Assembly: GCA_964016885.1 (NCBI GenBank)
Contig: OZ024744.1
Span: forward strand, 64,728,001-64,792,000
From: Eledone cirrhosa
Lineage: Eukaryota
DNA length: 64,000 bases
Direction: 5' to 3'
The notes below the pieces were generated by a model. That model was not told the origin of the DNA. It saw nothing but the letters and a program-made list of their open reading frames with translations, and did not search any database. Positions 1-11,509 of this stretch are shown here, one piece after another (within the stretch, counting starts at the first letter, position 1; each line of letters starts with the position of its first letter). Position numbers and translations under genes: made by a program.

Positions 1-270
1 TGGCTCCTGGAAAAGCTTTGGGTTTTAGCTAATTTTTCCCATTTTAGGGTAAACTTTTGATCGCTATCCCTGAGCGTCCAAGCTTTTTCTGCTAAAGTTG
101 TTACATTTCTTTGGCTCTGGTGTTTTATTGAGTAAGAATGTCTATACAATCGAGATTTAAACGATGTTGCCGTTGATCCCACGTAATACCACTCGTTGCC
201 TCCGGATTTAATGGTACACTTATAAATAATATTTTTTTCCAGGCAGTTATTGCTGTATCCATTCAAATCT
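1..270 (-). mobile_element. Penelope-like element GIY-YIG endonuclease fragment (runs off window start)
   Basis: Manual minus-strand translation: NNCLEKNIIYKCTIKSGGNEWYYVGSTATSFKSRLYRH...TTLAEKAWTLRDSDQKFTLKWEKL; IIY...YVG...FKxR..H pattern of PLE GIY-YIG domains. In-frame TAG just upstream, so degenerate. Confidence 0.8.
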
Positions 271-383
271 TTCTATTTTTCTCCGGATTACTTTTGGAAC
301 TACAACTGGAACCGTCGAGCAAACTCTACGTGAGCTGATAATCTACTGTGTGTAATATTTATATTACAACACAACGGAAAATA

Positions 384-387
<4 letters not shown>

Positions 388-447
<60 letters not shown>

Positions 448-457
448 GCCACACACA

Positions 458-487
<30 letters not shown>
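388..487. repeat. (TA)n microsatellite
   Basis: Direct observation; source of the IYIY pseudo-ORF. Confidence 0.95.
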
Positions 488-488
<1 letters not shown>

Positions 489-896
489 TCTTTATACTTA
501 TAGTGATCTTCACCAGATCCAGAAGGTAAAATTTGACATTGGTTAAATAGAGGGGACTTAACAAAAATTAGAAGTGGTATATTTGGCAGATGACCAAAAA
601 AATTGGCAACTACTCAGATGAAGAAAAGATGAGTGAGGTGGTCTGGTAAATAAGTATAGATATGCTTCAATGACTATCTACTTTGTATAGTTGCCAAAAT
701 TGATCAAAATTGTAACAGAGTGAAGGATATTTTTTTTCAGACCTTGAAAACTTCTCCCATCCTTCCTTATTAACAGAGAAGCATGAGATGTAAACATCAT
801 GTCTAAGATTGCTTTGCAAATGTGGATATTGCAAGAGATATCTAGGTGGATATATGTATATGTGCACATCTGTCTATACAAATACATATATGTGAA

Positions 897-1180
897 AGTG
901 CATGGCTTAGTGGTTAGAGTGTTTGGTTCACTATCTTAACATTAGTTTGATTCCCAGCTACAACGCGTTATGTCCTTGAGGATGGCATTTTATTTCAAAT
1001 TGATTGAGTTCACTAAGCTGGTAAAAATGTGTTGTACCTGTAATTCAATGGGCCAGCCTTGTCATACAGTGTCATGCTGAATCTCTCTGAGAACTATGTT
1101 AAAGGTACACATGTTTGTGGAATGCTCAATTACTTGCATGTTAATTTTATGAGTAGAACTGATGGAGATCAAACAACATA
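897..1180 (+). mobile_element. tRNA-derived CORE-type SINE, family A
   Basis: Head TGGCTTAGTGGTTAGAG (A box), degenerate B box, CORE-like TGTCCTTGAG...TTTATTTC; body shared with copies at 7740-8035(-), 34575-34880(-), 51170-51475(+). Confidence 0.75.
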
Positions 1181-1349
1181 CCTAGGTGAGTCTATTTGTA
1201 CATCTGTGTACATTTATATTGGGACAGTTATCCAGGTGTGCATGTATATGGATGTGTGTGTGTGTGTTTATGTGTGTGTGTGTGTATGTGTATGTATCTG
1301 TGTACACAGATACATATACATATATGTGTACACAGATATATATACTCCT

Positions 1350-2040
1350 TTAATCTCCTGGAAGGAGGAGGTAAAGAGCAAAATGTTTCAGCCAATGGCA
1401 GCGGTGCAGCCAAGGAAAAACAAGATCAGGCCGGTACTGGACAAATTGGACCATACTAGCAATACGGTTACAGATGTCTGCAGGAAAACCTTGTGAGATT
1501 GGAAACAGATGATGGGGGCTTTCGCAATCATTGACTTGAAATTGGTGTATCTATAGCTACATGTCACTGAGAAACTATGGAAGTACCTGCTGGCAAGATA
1601 TAAGGGCCAGACATACTATCTAACCCAGGATGGGGTTTGGTTGGAATTCAGCACTGAAGATTGTGGTGATGGTTCTCAAGGCTATCCTGGGAAAGTTGGA
1701 TGAGGTGAAAAGGACTGCCAATTCCTACATTGATGTGGATGAGACCGTGGTGTCGGCAGTAGAGGTCATAGACAACCTAAAGAGGTTTAGATTAACTGTG
1801 AACCCACTGGAGGTGATGGGAGGAGGAGCTGCATTAGGGCTCAAGCTTCAAAGAGTCATGGTGGACTTGTTGGTATTTCAAAGAGGAAATGAAATCCTGG
1901 AACTGAGCACTAGCATGAACGAACGAGAACTGTTCTTGATGTGTGGGAGACTGGTGGGCCATTATCCAATTGCAGGGTGGCTCCAAACAACATGTAGCCA
2001 TGTCAAGAGACAAGTGATTGAGGTGAGCTGGAGAGACAGA
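1350..2040 (+). mobile_element. Degenerate Ty3/gypsy-like reverse transcriptase fragment
   Basis: Across frameshifts reads AAVQPRKNKIRPVLD...GAFAIIDLKLVYL*LHV..KLWKYLL.RYKGQTYYLT.MGFGWNSA...NSYID(D)..VDE; RT motifs with YIDD damaged. Confidence 0.7.
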
Positions 2041-2681
2041 GAAAGGGGCTCAGTGTGTGTGTGTATGTGTGTTTTGTTCATTTCAAAACCTGAGATCAAT
2101 CAGTAGTTTTATTCATCCATTGGTTATAAACTGACTCCACCATAAAAAATAGTTCTTGTTTTATTCATGGTAATGTACCTGGCTACAAGATAGTGAACCT
2201 GTTGATTTCCAGAAGGTTCTGATAAATGATCAAATTTGATGTATTAATGAAAACGAAATATTGCAAACAAATTTCATAAAGTAAAAACAATACACATAAA
2301 TCAAATTTGTTTCACAAATAAAAATGTGGATGTTAAGACAATGTACTACATGTTAAAACACATGTACATCAAAAATGAAAAAAAAAATATGCAGTCAGCA
2401 AAATGGATGATTGTGTACAACAAGCAAGAATTTGAGTGTATAAAGAAAAAGTTCTTTTACTGTTTCTTGAAACTGAATTTTCAAATAGAAATTTTAATGT
2501 TTTTGTGTATTAAAAATTACTTTGTATTTTAACACTTTCATTACCGTATTATTAACAAAATACACTGTATTTGAATTAATAATTGAAGTATTGTGGAGGG
2601 ATTTACTGAGACTAGCAGAAAAACCACCCTGTGGGTGGTTTTCTGCTAGCATGTGTAGTGTGCATATTGATATTATACGCA

Positions 2682-3116
2682 AGGCACATGGCTTATTGGT
2701 TAGAGCATTGGGCTTGCAATCAAAAGGTTGTGAGTTCAATTCTTGGACTGGGTGATGTGTTGTTTACTTGAGCAAGACACTTTATTTCACATTGCTCCAG
2801 TTTACTCAGCTGTAGAAATGGGATGATAGGACTGGGGTCCCTATCATTCCACTGCAAAGTGGTTGTGGAGGTGCCACGGCAAAAAAGCACCCAGCCCACA
2901 CTGTAAAGTGGATGTGTAGGTGCCATGAAAAAAAAGCACCCAGCACGCACTGTAAATGAGGTTGGTGTTAGGAAGGGCATCCAGCTGTAGAAATCAAGCC
3001 AGAATCAGTTCCCGTATGAACAAGAGAAGGTCAGCCGACCGGACACTGTCCACAACAGGACAATCTGTCTAACTCATGCTAGCGTGAAAGAACGGACGTA
3101 AAATGGTGATGATGAT
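2682..3116 (+). mobile_element. tRNA-derived CORE-type SINE, family B (two 42-bp internal units, long RTE-type tail, (ATG)n end)
   Basis: tRNA-like head with GAGTTCAATTC B box, CORE-like CTTGAGCAAGACACTTTATTTCAC, GTTAGGAAGGGCATCCAGCTGTAG box, GGACGTAAAATGGTGATGAT end. Confidence 0.85.
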
Positions 3117-3559
3117 ATATGCATGTAGATATGATACATCAAATAAAATCGTAATTGACAATATACACAGAAATTGAACGAAGACTGTGTTACACTTATG
3201 TAATCAGTAATGTAATCCATTGACGGAAATATATGAATGTTTATTTAAGCAATTGCTAACCGGAAGTGTTGACATTTGAAAATTTTAAAGAAGTGAATCT
3301 TAAAATAAGCAACAAAATTATTTATATTTAATCAAGAATAACGAAATTTTGTAGATAAATTATGTAATATTCATTCATTATTTATTCAAAGTAATCCAAC
3401 TTATTTTACAAACGGGATAAAAAAATATATTCTGGACACAGTCCTGCACTCCTTACTTTATTATAGTTTAGATTATAAATTCCCATCCAGAACCTTCTTA
3501 CTCCTGTTAGAGGAAACCATCACTGGTTGACCTCCACTACTTTCTGTTAGGTTTTGACC

Positions 3560-3825
3560 ACGTCAAGGGTATAACCATACTCCCCATGCTTGGTCTTTGG
3601 CAGGTTGGTGAGGCTATTTAATCCATAGTTAAAGTGGATAGCCATTGACTCTGAGGAGTTCATCCACTCTTTATTTTGGGAGCTGTTGGGGTGCCACTTA
3701 CCCTCCCTCACCAGACCAGGGTCTGGTGAGGGAGCTGGTTTAGTCACCGACCACTCGACCATGAAGCAAGTTGTACTGGGTTACAGAGTACCAGTAGCAG
3801 GCAGAAGCCTGACCTGACCTATGAC
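3560..3825 (-). mobile_element. Structured repeat, probable RTE-LINE 5'UTR fragment
   Basis: Homologous to 34918-35108(+) and 35780-36030(-): TACTGG..CCAGTACAAC..GGTCG..GACTAAAC..hairpin..GAGGGT. RTE assignment is inferred from resemblance of the 35785-35845 segment to RTE 5'UTRs. Confidence 0.5.
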
Positions 3826-4096
3826 TATTGATTATTTCATTATCAAGATAAAAGGAATAGGCACACTGTGCTGATCCAACACCTGCTCACATGACCTTAC
3901 TTGCCCTTATGGTTGTGGCAAGGCCCTCCAGCCCTATGATGTTATGGACCCATATACTTCTGTCAAACATCTTTTATTGCATCAGCTTCTTAACCTTGAA
4001 GATATTATAGTATTTCAACATACATGGATTAAATGATGCAAAATAATGTTTAATGGGAGATAGGGATGATGGGGGAAGAACATACATGTTCTAGCT

Positions 4097-4397
4097 CAGA
4101 GGTTCTCAAAGTGGGTGCTACAGCCCTCCAGGGGGCGTTGAGAAGGTGAAGTGGGCGCTGGGGTGGGTTGTGATAGAGATGATATAATACTATATTAAAT
4201 ATCAAATGATACATATATATAAATAGAGTAAAATAAAAAATATATAATATTTATTTATACATAGTATATATTATATTATTTATTATATATAAATTAAGGA
4301 TTTTATTAATTATATGTTATTTACAATTTACATGTAGGTAGATCTCTCTGGAAATAGGGGGAGGGGGAGGGGCGCACAAACAGTTTGAGAACCTCTT
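4097..4397. mobile_element. hAT (Charlie-like) MITE
   Basis: TIRs CAGAGGTTCTCAAA / TTTGAGAACCTCTT; 8-bp TSD TTCTAGCT (4089-4096) / ATCTAGCT (4398-4405), close to the NTCTAGAN target preference. Confidence 0.85.
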
Positions 4398-4506
4398 ATC
4401 TAGCTCATCCTTGATTGGTCTGGAAGGTGTTTGAGGTCAAGTATAGCCGTTTAGTTTATATCTGATTTGAATCCGAGACTGGATTTGATTTTCTGAGTGT
4501 GTTTAA

Positions 4507-4783
4507 CCCTTTACCATTTACATTACTCTATATTTACTATTATATTTTCATGGTTAAGGCTTTATTTCACATAATTATCTCACATTATTATTTATTTTGA
4601 GAGCAATACATTAACAACAGTATGAGCAGCTGGTTATGGCTTTATTTCACATAATTATCTCACATTATTATTTATTTTGAGAACAATACATTAACAACAG
4701 TATGAGCAGCTGGTTATGGCTGGTTTGAATAGAAAGAGGTGAGAGAATTCTGGCTGGATACAACCAGTTTAAATGCTAAAAGT
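4507..4783. mobile_element. piggyBac-like (TTAA) MITE with internal ~80-bp tandem duplication
   Basis: TTAA-CCCTTTA...AAATGCTAAAAGT-TTAA; same family as 52822-53004 and 56829-57043; duplicated unit about 4558-4637 / 4638-4717. Confidence 0.75.
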
Positions 4784-4820
4784 TTAATTACGGGTTAGGG
4801 CAATCAACGATCTTATTCTA

Positions 4821-4969
4821 CAGTGAAATTCTGTTATAACGAAATTCACGGGGTATAAAGAAAAATTCATTGCAATAGAAAATTCTTTATAATGAGATCA
4901 ACTGAAACCCTCATGGATTTAAAAAAATGTCGTTATACTGAAAAATTCGTTACAATGGAATTTTACCTG
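4821..4969. mobile_element. Tc1/mariner (Tigger/pogo-like) MITE
   Basis: TA-CAGTGAAATTCTGTTATAACGAA ... TTCGTTACAATGGAATTTTACCTG imperfect TIRs. Confidence 0.6.
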
Positions 4970-5423
4970 TTGTTGCATACATATGAGTTTATTCATTTTA
5001 AAACGATTTTTTCTTTTTTTTTCTTTTCAATTATAATGTCATTGATAAATTTTTGAAGATTAATTCTGACATAAGAAATCCACTTCTCTATTTAGCATAG
5101 AGAAGACATACCATTTGTCTTGTCACATGCATTCTTTTGGGATTTTAAAAATACTTCAATAGAGAGTCCTATGCTAATTCACATTTGTACAACATTCTAT
5201 TTAACTAATTTTCACTGACCTTTTATTTAGTAACACAATATGTTTATATAGTTTAAATATCTAGCCCTTCATTTTGTTAATATAAAGTAATTATTTAATG
5301 AGAAATACAGAAACTTACTTGTTACTTCAGGTCATACAACATGTTTAAAATATATCAATTTCTTGGTTCAAAATGCATACAGTAAACAAACAAAATGACC
5401 TACATATAAGAATGGTGATAATA

Positions 5424-5498
<75 letters not shown>

Positions 5499-5651
5499 TC
5501 ATCATCATCGATTAACGTCTATCTTCCACGCTAATGTATGTATATATATATATATATTTAAAAGTTAAACAAGGTTCAATGAATACATCAAAGAATGAGT
5601 TTTACAATAGATTGGAAGCACTCAACAGCAAAAGGTTTTCCAGAGTTATTA

Positions 5652-6072
5652 ATATTAATTCAGAATATTAACAAAATAGATATTCTTGTGATCAATTATA
5701 TTTTATTATACATATTATACATTTTTTTTTTTTTAAACTTTCTTCAGTAGTTTAAAAAAAATAAATGTTTTTAACTGTTATATTGATGCCATGCATTTTT
5801 TAAGCTGTATTACATGCACCCTCTCTATTGTTTGTATTATGTTATCTCATGTTCTCAATATAAATATTGAGTATAAATATTGAGTTTTGTCATATGTTAA
5901 TCACTACCATGACTGAATCTTAACCATCTACTATGTCAGGGTATGTCATGCATCATCCTATTTTATCTGATGAGGACGTACTGTTAAACTTAACTCAGTA
6001 CCTCTGAAATATGTATAATAAAATATAATTGATCACAAGAATATCTATTTTGTTAATATTATGAATTAATAT
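5652..6072 (+). mobile_element. Penelope-like pseudo-LTR remnant: hammerhead-like core plus 65-bp inverted terminal copy
   Basis: 5652-5716 is the reverse complement of 6008-6072 (1 mismatch); CTGATGAG (5967) - stem GTACTG/CAGTAC - TGAAA (6005-6009). Confidence 0.7.
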
Positions 6073-6139
6073 ATATATATATATATATACATATTATATC
6101 TATATATATATGTATATATATGAGCTAATATTATTATTA

Positions 6140-6330
6140 CTGTGGTGAATTGGCAGAATTGGTAGAGGGTCGGACATGCTTTCCAGCATAGTTACGTCCC
6201 TTTACGATCTAAGTTCAAATCCGGCCAAGGTTAACTTTGCCTTTCATCCTTACGGGGTCGATAAAATAAAGTACCAGTAATGTACTGGATAATTGCTGCC
6301 TTGTGCCTAAAATAGAAACAATTATTATTA
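6140..6330 (+). mobile_element. tRNA-derived SINE family C (Meta-domain-like, (ATT)n tail)
   Basis: GTTCAAATCC B box; AACTTTGCCTTTCATCCTTACGGGGTCGATAAAATAAAGTACCAG central domain; GAAACAATTATTATT tail. Confidence 0.8.
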
Positions 6331-6365
6331 CTGTGAACTGCGGAACACTCTAATTCCGATCCTTG

Positions 6366-6410
<45 letters not shown>

Positions 6411-6505
6411 TATATGTATATGTATATATATATCATCATCACCATCATTATAATTACCATCTATTTGCTATGCTTGCATTATATATAAATTTATATATAT
6501 ATACT

Positions 6506-6853
6506 GGCGGCACATGACTTAGTGGTTAGAGCATTGGCCTTGCAATCGAAAGGTTGTGAGTTCAATTCTCAGACCGGGTGATGTGTTGTTTCCTTGAGCA
6601 AGACACTTTATTTCACGTTGCTCCAGTTTACTCAGCTGTAGAAATGAGATGATAGGGACTGGGGTCCCTATCATTCCACTATAAAGTGGTCGTGGAGGTA
6701 CCACGGCAAAAAAGCACCCAGCACTCACTGTAAATGAGGTTGGTGTTAGGAAGGGCATCCAGCTGTAGAAATCAAGCCAGAATCAGTTCTCGTCCCACCC
6801 TTGCAAGCAGGGAAAAGTGGAAGTAAAATGAAATGATGAAAATGAAATGATGA
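6506..6853 (+). mobile_element. CORE-type SINE family B (one internal unit, short RTE tail)
   Basis: Same head and CORE as 2682; ends CGTCCCACCCTTGCAAGCAGGGAAAAGTGGAAGTAAAATGA. Confidence 0.85.
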
Positions 6854-7328
6854 TACTAGCAGAGTAGCCTGTTATTGGGACATCAAAGAAAATAGGTAAA
6901 GATTTTTTTATTATCTTGTTTACTTTTCCCAGGTATAATTTATATATATATATATATTCCCTTGTTTGAGCTATTTATTTCTCAGTCTTCTTAAGTATTC
7001 TGAAGTGATTGATATGAATTTTCCCGGATACCCACAGTAGAGCACAGGAATAGTAACTTTCACTTAATTGTTGCGAAACAAATTTAGAATTTTAATATAG
7101 GTTTGTTATTTTTATTGATTTATTATTTTAAATCGAGACAGGCAAACCATATTATTTTAAATTAGTATTTTTCAACCTAGTTAACTTGGTCATTTGCAAT
7201 TCGAACACATGTATACTTGTATCAGTGTTCATCCCTCATATATTCATTTGTATTACACGGCTCGGAAATATTCCCTTCTTTGAGCTATTTAATTGTGAAA
7301 GACTATTTCGAGTTTATAACTCAATATG

Positions 7329-7368
<40 letters not shown>

Positions 7369-7381
7369 CATATATATATAT

Positions 7382-7442
<61 letters not shown>

Positions 7443-7544
7443 CTTCAACTACCTCCAAATAACGGCAAGATACTAACATACTACTAATTATGAATAAAAT
7501 TATTATTGCTTTTGAAAACAGCTGATGATATGCATGTAAATAAA

Positions 7545-7635
7545 TATTCTCTTTATCTGATGAACCTTACATAGATCAATAACGAAGTATAGCTACAATG
7601 TATTATCATCACCTAGAAACGATCGTAAAGCAGTG
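7545..7635 (+). ncRNA. Hammerhead-ribozyme-like motif (Penelope-type, possibly degenerate)
   Basis: CTTTAT-CTGATGA (7557-7563) ... GAAA-CGATCG-TA-AAG (7616-7630): both core boxes, palindromic stem III, UH site. Stem II pairing is poor. Confidence 0.5.
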
Positions 7636-7739
7636 AAGTATATCTCTAATGACTTGATTTTTTATTTCATTGTTTTAACTTATATATATATATATATATA
7701 CAAATACACAAACACATATATATGTAGCCATCATTTCTA

Positions 7740-8035
7740 ATGATGAGTGATCCAGTTGATTCAATCAATGGAACTGACTGCTCATGAAATAAACATGCAA
7801 GTGGCTGAGCATTCCACAGACACATGTATTCTTAACATAGTTCTCAGGGAGATTCACCATGACGAAGTGGTCCATTGAATTATATCTACAACTGTTTGTT
7901 ACCAGCTGAGTGGACTGGAACAATGTGAAATAAAGTGTCTTGCTCAAGGACACAATGTGCTGTCTGGTCCAAGAATCGAACTCATGACTTTACGATCATG
8001 AGTTGAACACTCCAACCACTAAATCACATTCCTTC
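7740..8035 (-). mobile_element. CORE-type SINE family A
   Basis: Reverse complement of the 897-1180 family. Confidence 0.75.
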
Positions 8036-8159
8036 AGACACATACAACTGTTACTGACTTATGCTACAGGAAGGAGACATTCACATTGTTCTATGTAACA
8101 GTTATCAGATTTCAAGTTTATTGAATTGCCAAATTTAAAGATATATTATTAGACACATC

Positions 8160-8663
8160 ATCATTATCATCATCATCATCATCATCATCATCATTTTACG
8201 TCCTCTTTTCCCTGCTTGCAAGAGTGGGACGGGAACTGATTTTGGCTTGATTTCTACAGCTGGATGCCCTTCCTAACACCAACCTCATTTACAGTGAGTG
8301 TTGGGTGCTCTTTTGCTGTGGCAACTCCACGACCACTTTACAGTGTGCGCTGGGTGCTTTTTTGCCATGGCACCTCCACGTCCACTTTACAGTGTGGGCT
8401 GGGTGCTTTTTTGCTGTGGCACCTCCACGTCCACTTTACAGTGTGGGCTGGGTGCTTTTTTGCTGTGGCACCTCCACGACCACTTTACAGTGGAATGATA
8501 GGGACCCCAGTCCCTATCATCTCATTTCTACAGCTGAGTAAACTGGAGCAATGTGAAATAAAGTGTCTTGCACAAGGAAACAACACATCACCAGGTCTGA
8601 GAATTGAACTCACAACCTTTTGATTGCTAGGCCAATACTCTAACCACTAAGCCTTGTGCCTCC
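8160..8663 (-). mobile_element. CORE-type SINE family B with four 42-bp internal tandem units
   Basis: Units CCACTTTACAGTGTGGGCTGGGTGCTTTTTTGCTGTGGCACCTCCACG at about 8290-8490; (CAT)n tail 8156-8193. Confidence 0.85.
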
Positions 8664-8674
8664 ATCAATGCTAT

Positions 8675-9840
8675 AATAATGGTTCCTGCTATAAGCACAA
8701 GGCTAGTAATTTTGGTGGAAGGGGAAAGTTGATTAAATCGACCCCAGTGCATTACTGGTGCTTTATTTTATCAACCCTGTAATAATGAAAGGCAAAGCTA
8801 ACCATGGTGGTATTTGAAATCAGAACGCAAAGGGCCGTAACTCTATGCCGTGAAGCATGTTATCCAACTCTATATCCATACTGCCAATCTACCCCTGCCT
8901 TAATAATGTTAATATGTATGTAAGCTTGTGTATATACAATGCCATAATAATAATAATTGTTTCTACTTTTGGAACAAGGCCAGCAATTAACCAGTGCATT
9001 ACTGGTACTTTATTTTACCGACCCCGTAAGGATGAAAGGCAAAGTTAACCTCGGCGGGATTTGAACTCAGATCATACAGGGAGGTAACTCTATGCTTCAA
9101 AGCATGGCGTCCGGCCCTCTACCGATACTGCCAATCCACCGCCTAATAATAATAGTCAATCACAACAAATAATAGTTGAGAAAATCAGGTAAAATACCCA
9201 AGGAGACAGAAAAAGGTGAACAGATGTGTCTGTAAAGAAACAAATCTCATATCTCTTGAATGCTAGGTAGGTGCATTAACTAAAGTGAAGCTGGTCACCA
9301 ATTCTTTGTTTTTAGAAGATTTTAAGCCTGTAACTAGAAGTGCAAAGAAAATGGTTGACTTTGGAAGCATTGGGAAAATTTTCAATTTGAAATGTGAGAG
9401 TCCCATCACAACTGTCAAACACTCTAAACAATGATTTCTGATTTAGGCACAAGGCCAACAATTTTTTGGGGAGAGGAAAATCGATTAAATTGATCCCAGT
9501 ACATTACTGGTATTTTATTTTATCGCCTCTGTAAAGATGAAAGGCAAAGCTAATCTCAGTGGGATTTGAATTCAGAACATAAAGAACATAAATAGAACTC
9601 TATGCTGCAAAGCATGGTGTCTCACGCTCTAACTATACTGCCAATCCACTGCATTTTGCACACTATCAAGAATGGTTTCTAATTTAGGCACAAAGTCAAT
9701 CATTTTTCTGCGGAGTGAAAAGTTGAAATCAATCCCAGTGCTAACCTCACTGGGATTTGAACTCAAAATGTAAAGGGTCGTGACTATATACAGTAAAGCA
9801 TGTTGTCCAATGCTCTACTGATACTACCAATCCACCACCT
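8675..9840 (-). mobile_element. Cluster of four family C SINEs (about 8675-8900, 8950-9145, 9430-9650, 9670-9840)
   Basis: Repeated ACTGGTACTTTATTTTATCGACCCC..GATGAAAGGCAAAG..GATTTGAACTCAG motif. Confidence 0.75.
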
Positions 9841-9904
9841 TTCGAACACTATAAATAATACTTGAGAAATTTGGGTAATGTACCCCTTGAAATGGAAAAA
9901 AGTT

Positions 9905-10222
9905 AGTGTCGGGCTTATAATCGTGAGGTTGTGAATTCGATTCTCAGACCAGGCTTTGCATTGTGTCCTTGAGCAAGACACTTTATTTCATATTGCTCTG
10001 GTTTACTCAGCTGTAGAAATGAGTTGCAATGTAACTGATGTCAAGCTGTATCGGCCATAGCCTTTCCCTTGGACAACATCGGTGGCGTGGAGAGGCAGAC
10101 TGGTATGCATGGGTGACTGCTAGTCTTCCTCAAACAACCTTTCCTGGACTTGTGCCTCAGAGGGGAACTTTCTAGGTGCAAATCCCATGGTCATTTGTGA
10201 CTGAAGGAGGTCTTTACCCTTT
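9905..10222 (+). mobile_element. CORE-type SINE with a third 3' body
   Basis: tRNA-like head and CORE (TGTCCTTGAGCAAGACACTTTATTTCA) followed by a different 3' region ending GGTCTTTACCCTTT. Confidence 0.65.
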
Positions 10223-11306
10223 TATATATATACACACACACAAAGATGTATATATATATATATATATATTTGTGTGTGTGTATGTGTGTGTGTTTATGTG
10301 TGTGTTTTATTGTGGTCCTCCTTTTTATGGGGGACTGATTCAGCTGCACTATTTGCACCATGGTAAATTTGCCACTGGAAAAAAACTCCAAGGTCTTCTC
10401 TTGCCTTAATGTCCAAAGCCCATGTTATTTCTCTATATGTTTGAGCCAGCTATACACCAGTAGCATGCAGAGAGAGGGGCAGAAGGTACAATGGCCCCAG
10501 GCATTCATATTGAGGCAGGTGGTGGGGGTATCTAACCAAAGAGGCTTCTACATTCAATACAGCTACCAAGTGCAACACCCACTTAAATTTCTTAAGTGTC
10601 CAGCTTTCCACCTGAGTAAAAACAGCTGAGAAATTTATAAACTTGATATTCAATGTTTATACTTGGACAAACTTAGGCAATGATGTATGTTTGTATGTTT
10701 GTTCATCTGCCGAGTAGATTAATTAGCATATCATTCAAGATGATAAACACACAGCATGAAATGTCATTTTTACATTCACGCTGTCCACATATCACGCTAT
10801 GCCTGGCTCACATTTTATCAGTATTAGACTCTATACTTTGGCTATGGGAATCATCAAACTTCTGCACATCACTGTTACATATACTACATATTCATTTAAT
10901 GTCCATATTTTATTGCCATACATCATCACACACCACATATAGTAACCACATACATTTCCCTATATTCACTATCCATGTTTTTCTACCATACAAAATCATA
11001 CAATTTATATGCATTTCATATAGTCTTTTACATTAGATAACATAACACATAGGTAAACCTTTATTTATTTATTTATCAACAACATCCAGGAGTTCAACCA
11101 ACTGTGGATCATAGCCATACATGCTTTGATCTCCCCCTGTCTGTCCCACACATCTCCCTGTATGCATGTTGTATTAGTCACCCAATCTAATGAAACAGGT
11201 GCAATAATCTGTCATAACACAGGTCTCATAACCTGAGAAGGCATCAGCTGACAGCTTTAAATTATGACAACTCTTGTATCCTGTTTGCCTGTTTGTTATA
11301 TGGATG

Positions 11307-11509
<203 letters not shown>

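Noticed and set aside
250-350. Selenocysteine-type TGA in the Penelope fragment
   Set aside because: The TGA is not in the GIY-YIG frame, no SECIS can be assessed, and the fragment is degenerate.
6506-6580. tRNA gene
   Set aside because: A and B boxes present but no clean acceptor stem; it continues into a CORE-SINE body and is one of many dispersed copies.
8290-8490. 42-bp direct repeats as a CRISPR array
   Set aside because: Contiguous tandem units without unique spacers, inside a SINE, in eukaryotic DNA with no cas genes.
8264-8623. Recurrent MPFLTPTSFTV...LELTTF ORF as a small gene family
   Set aside because: Antisense translation of SINE family B, found in every copy.
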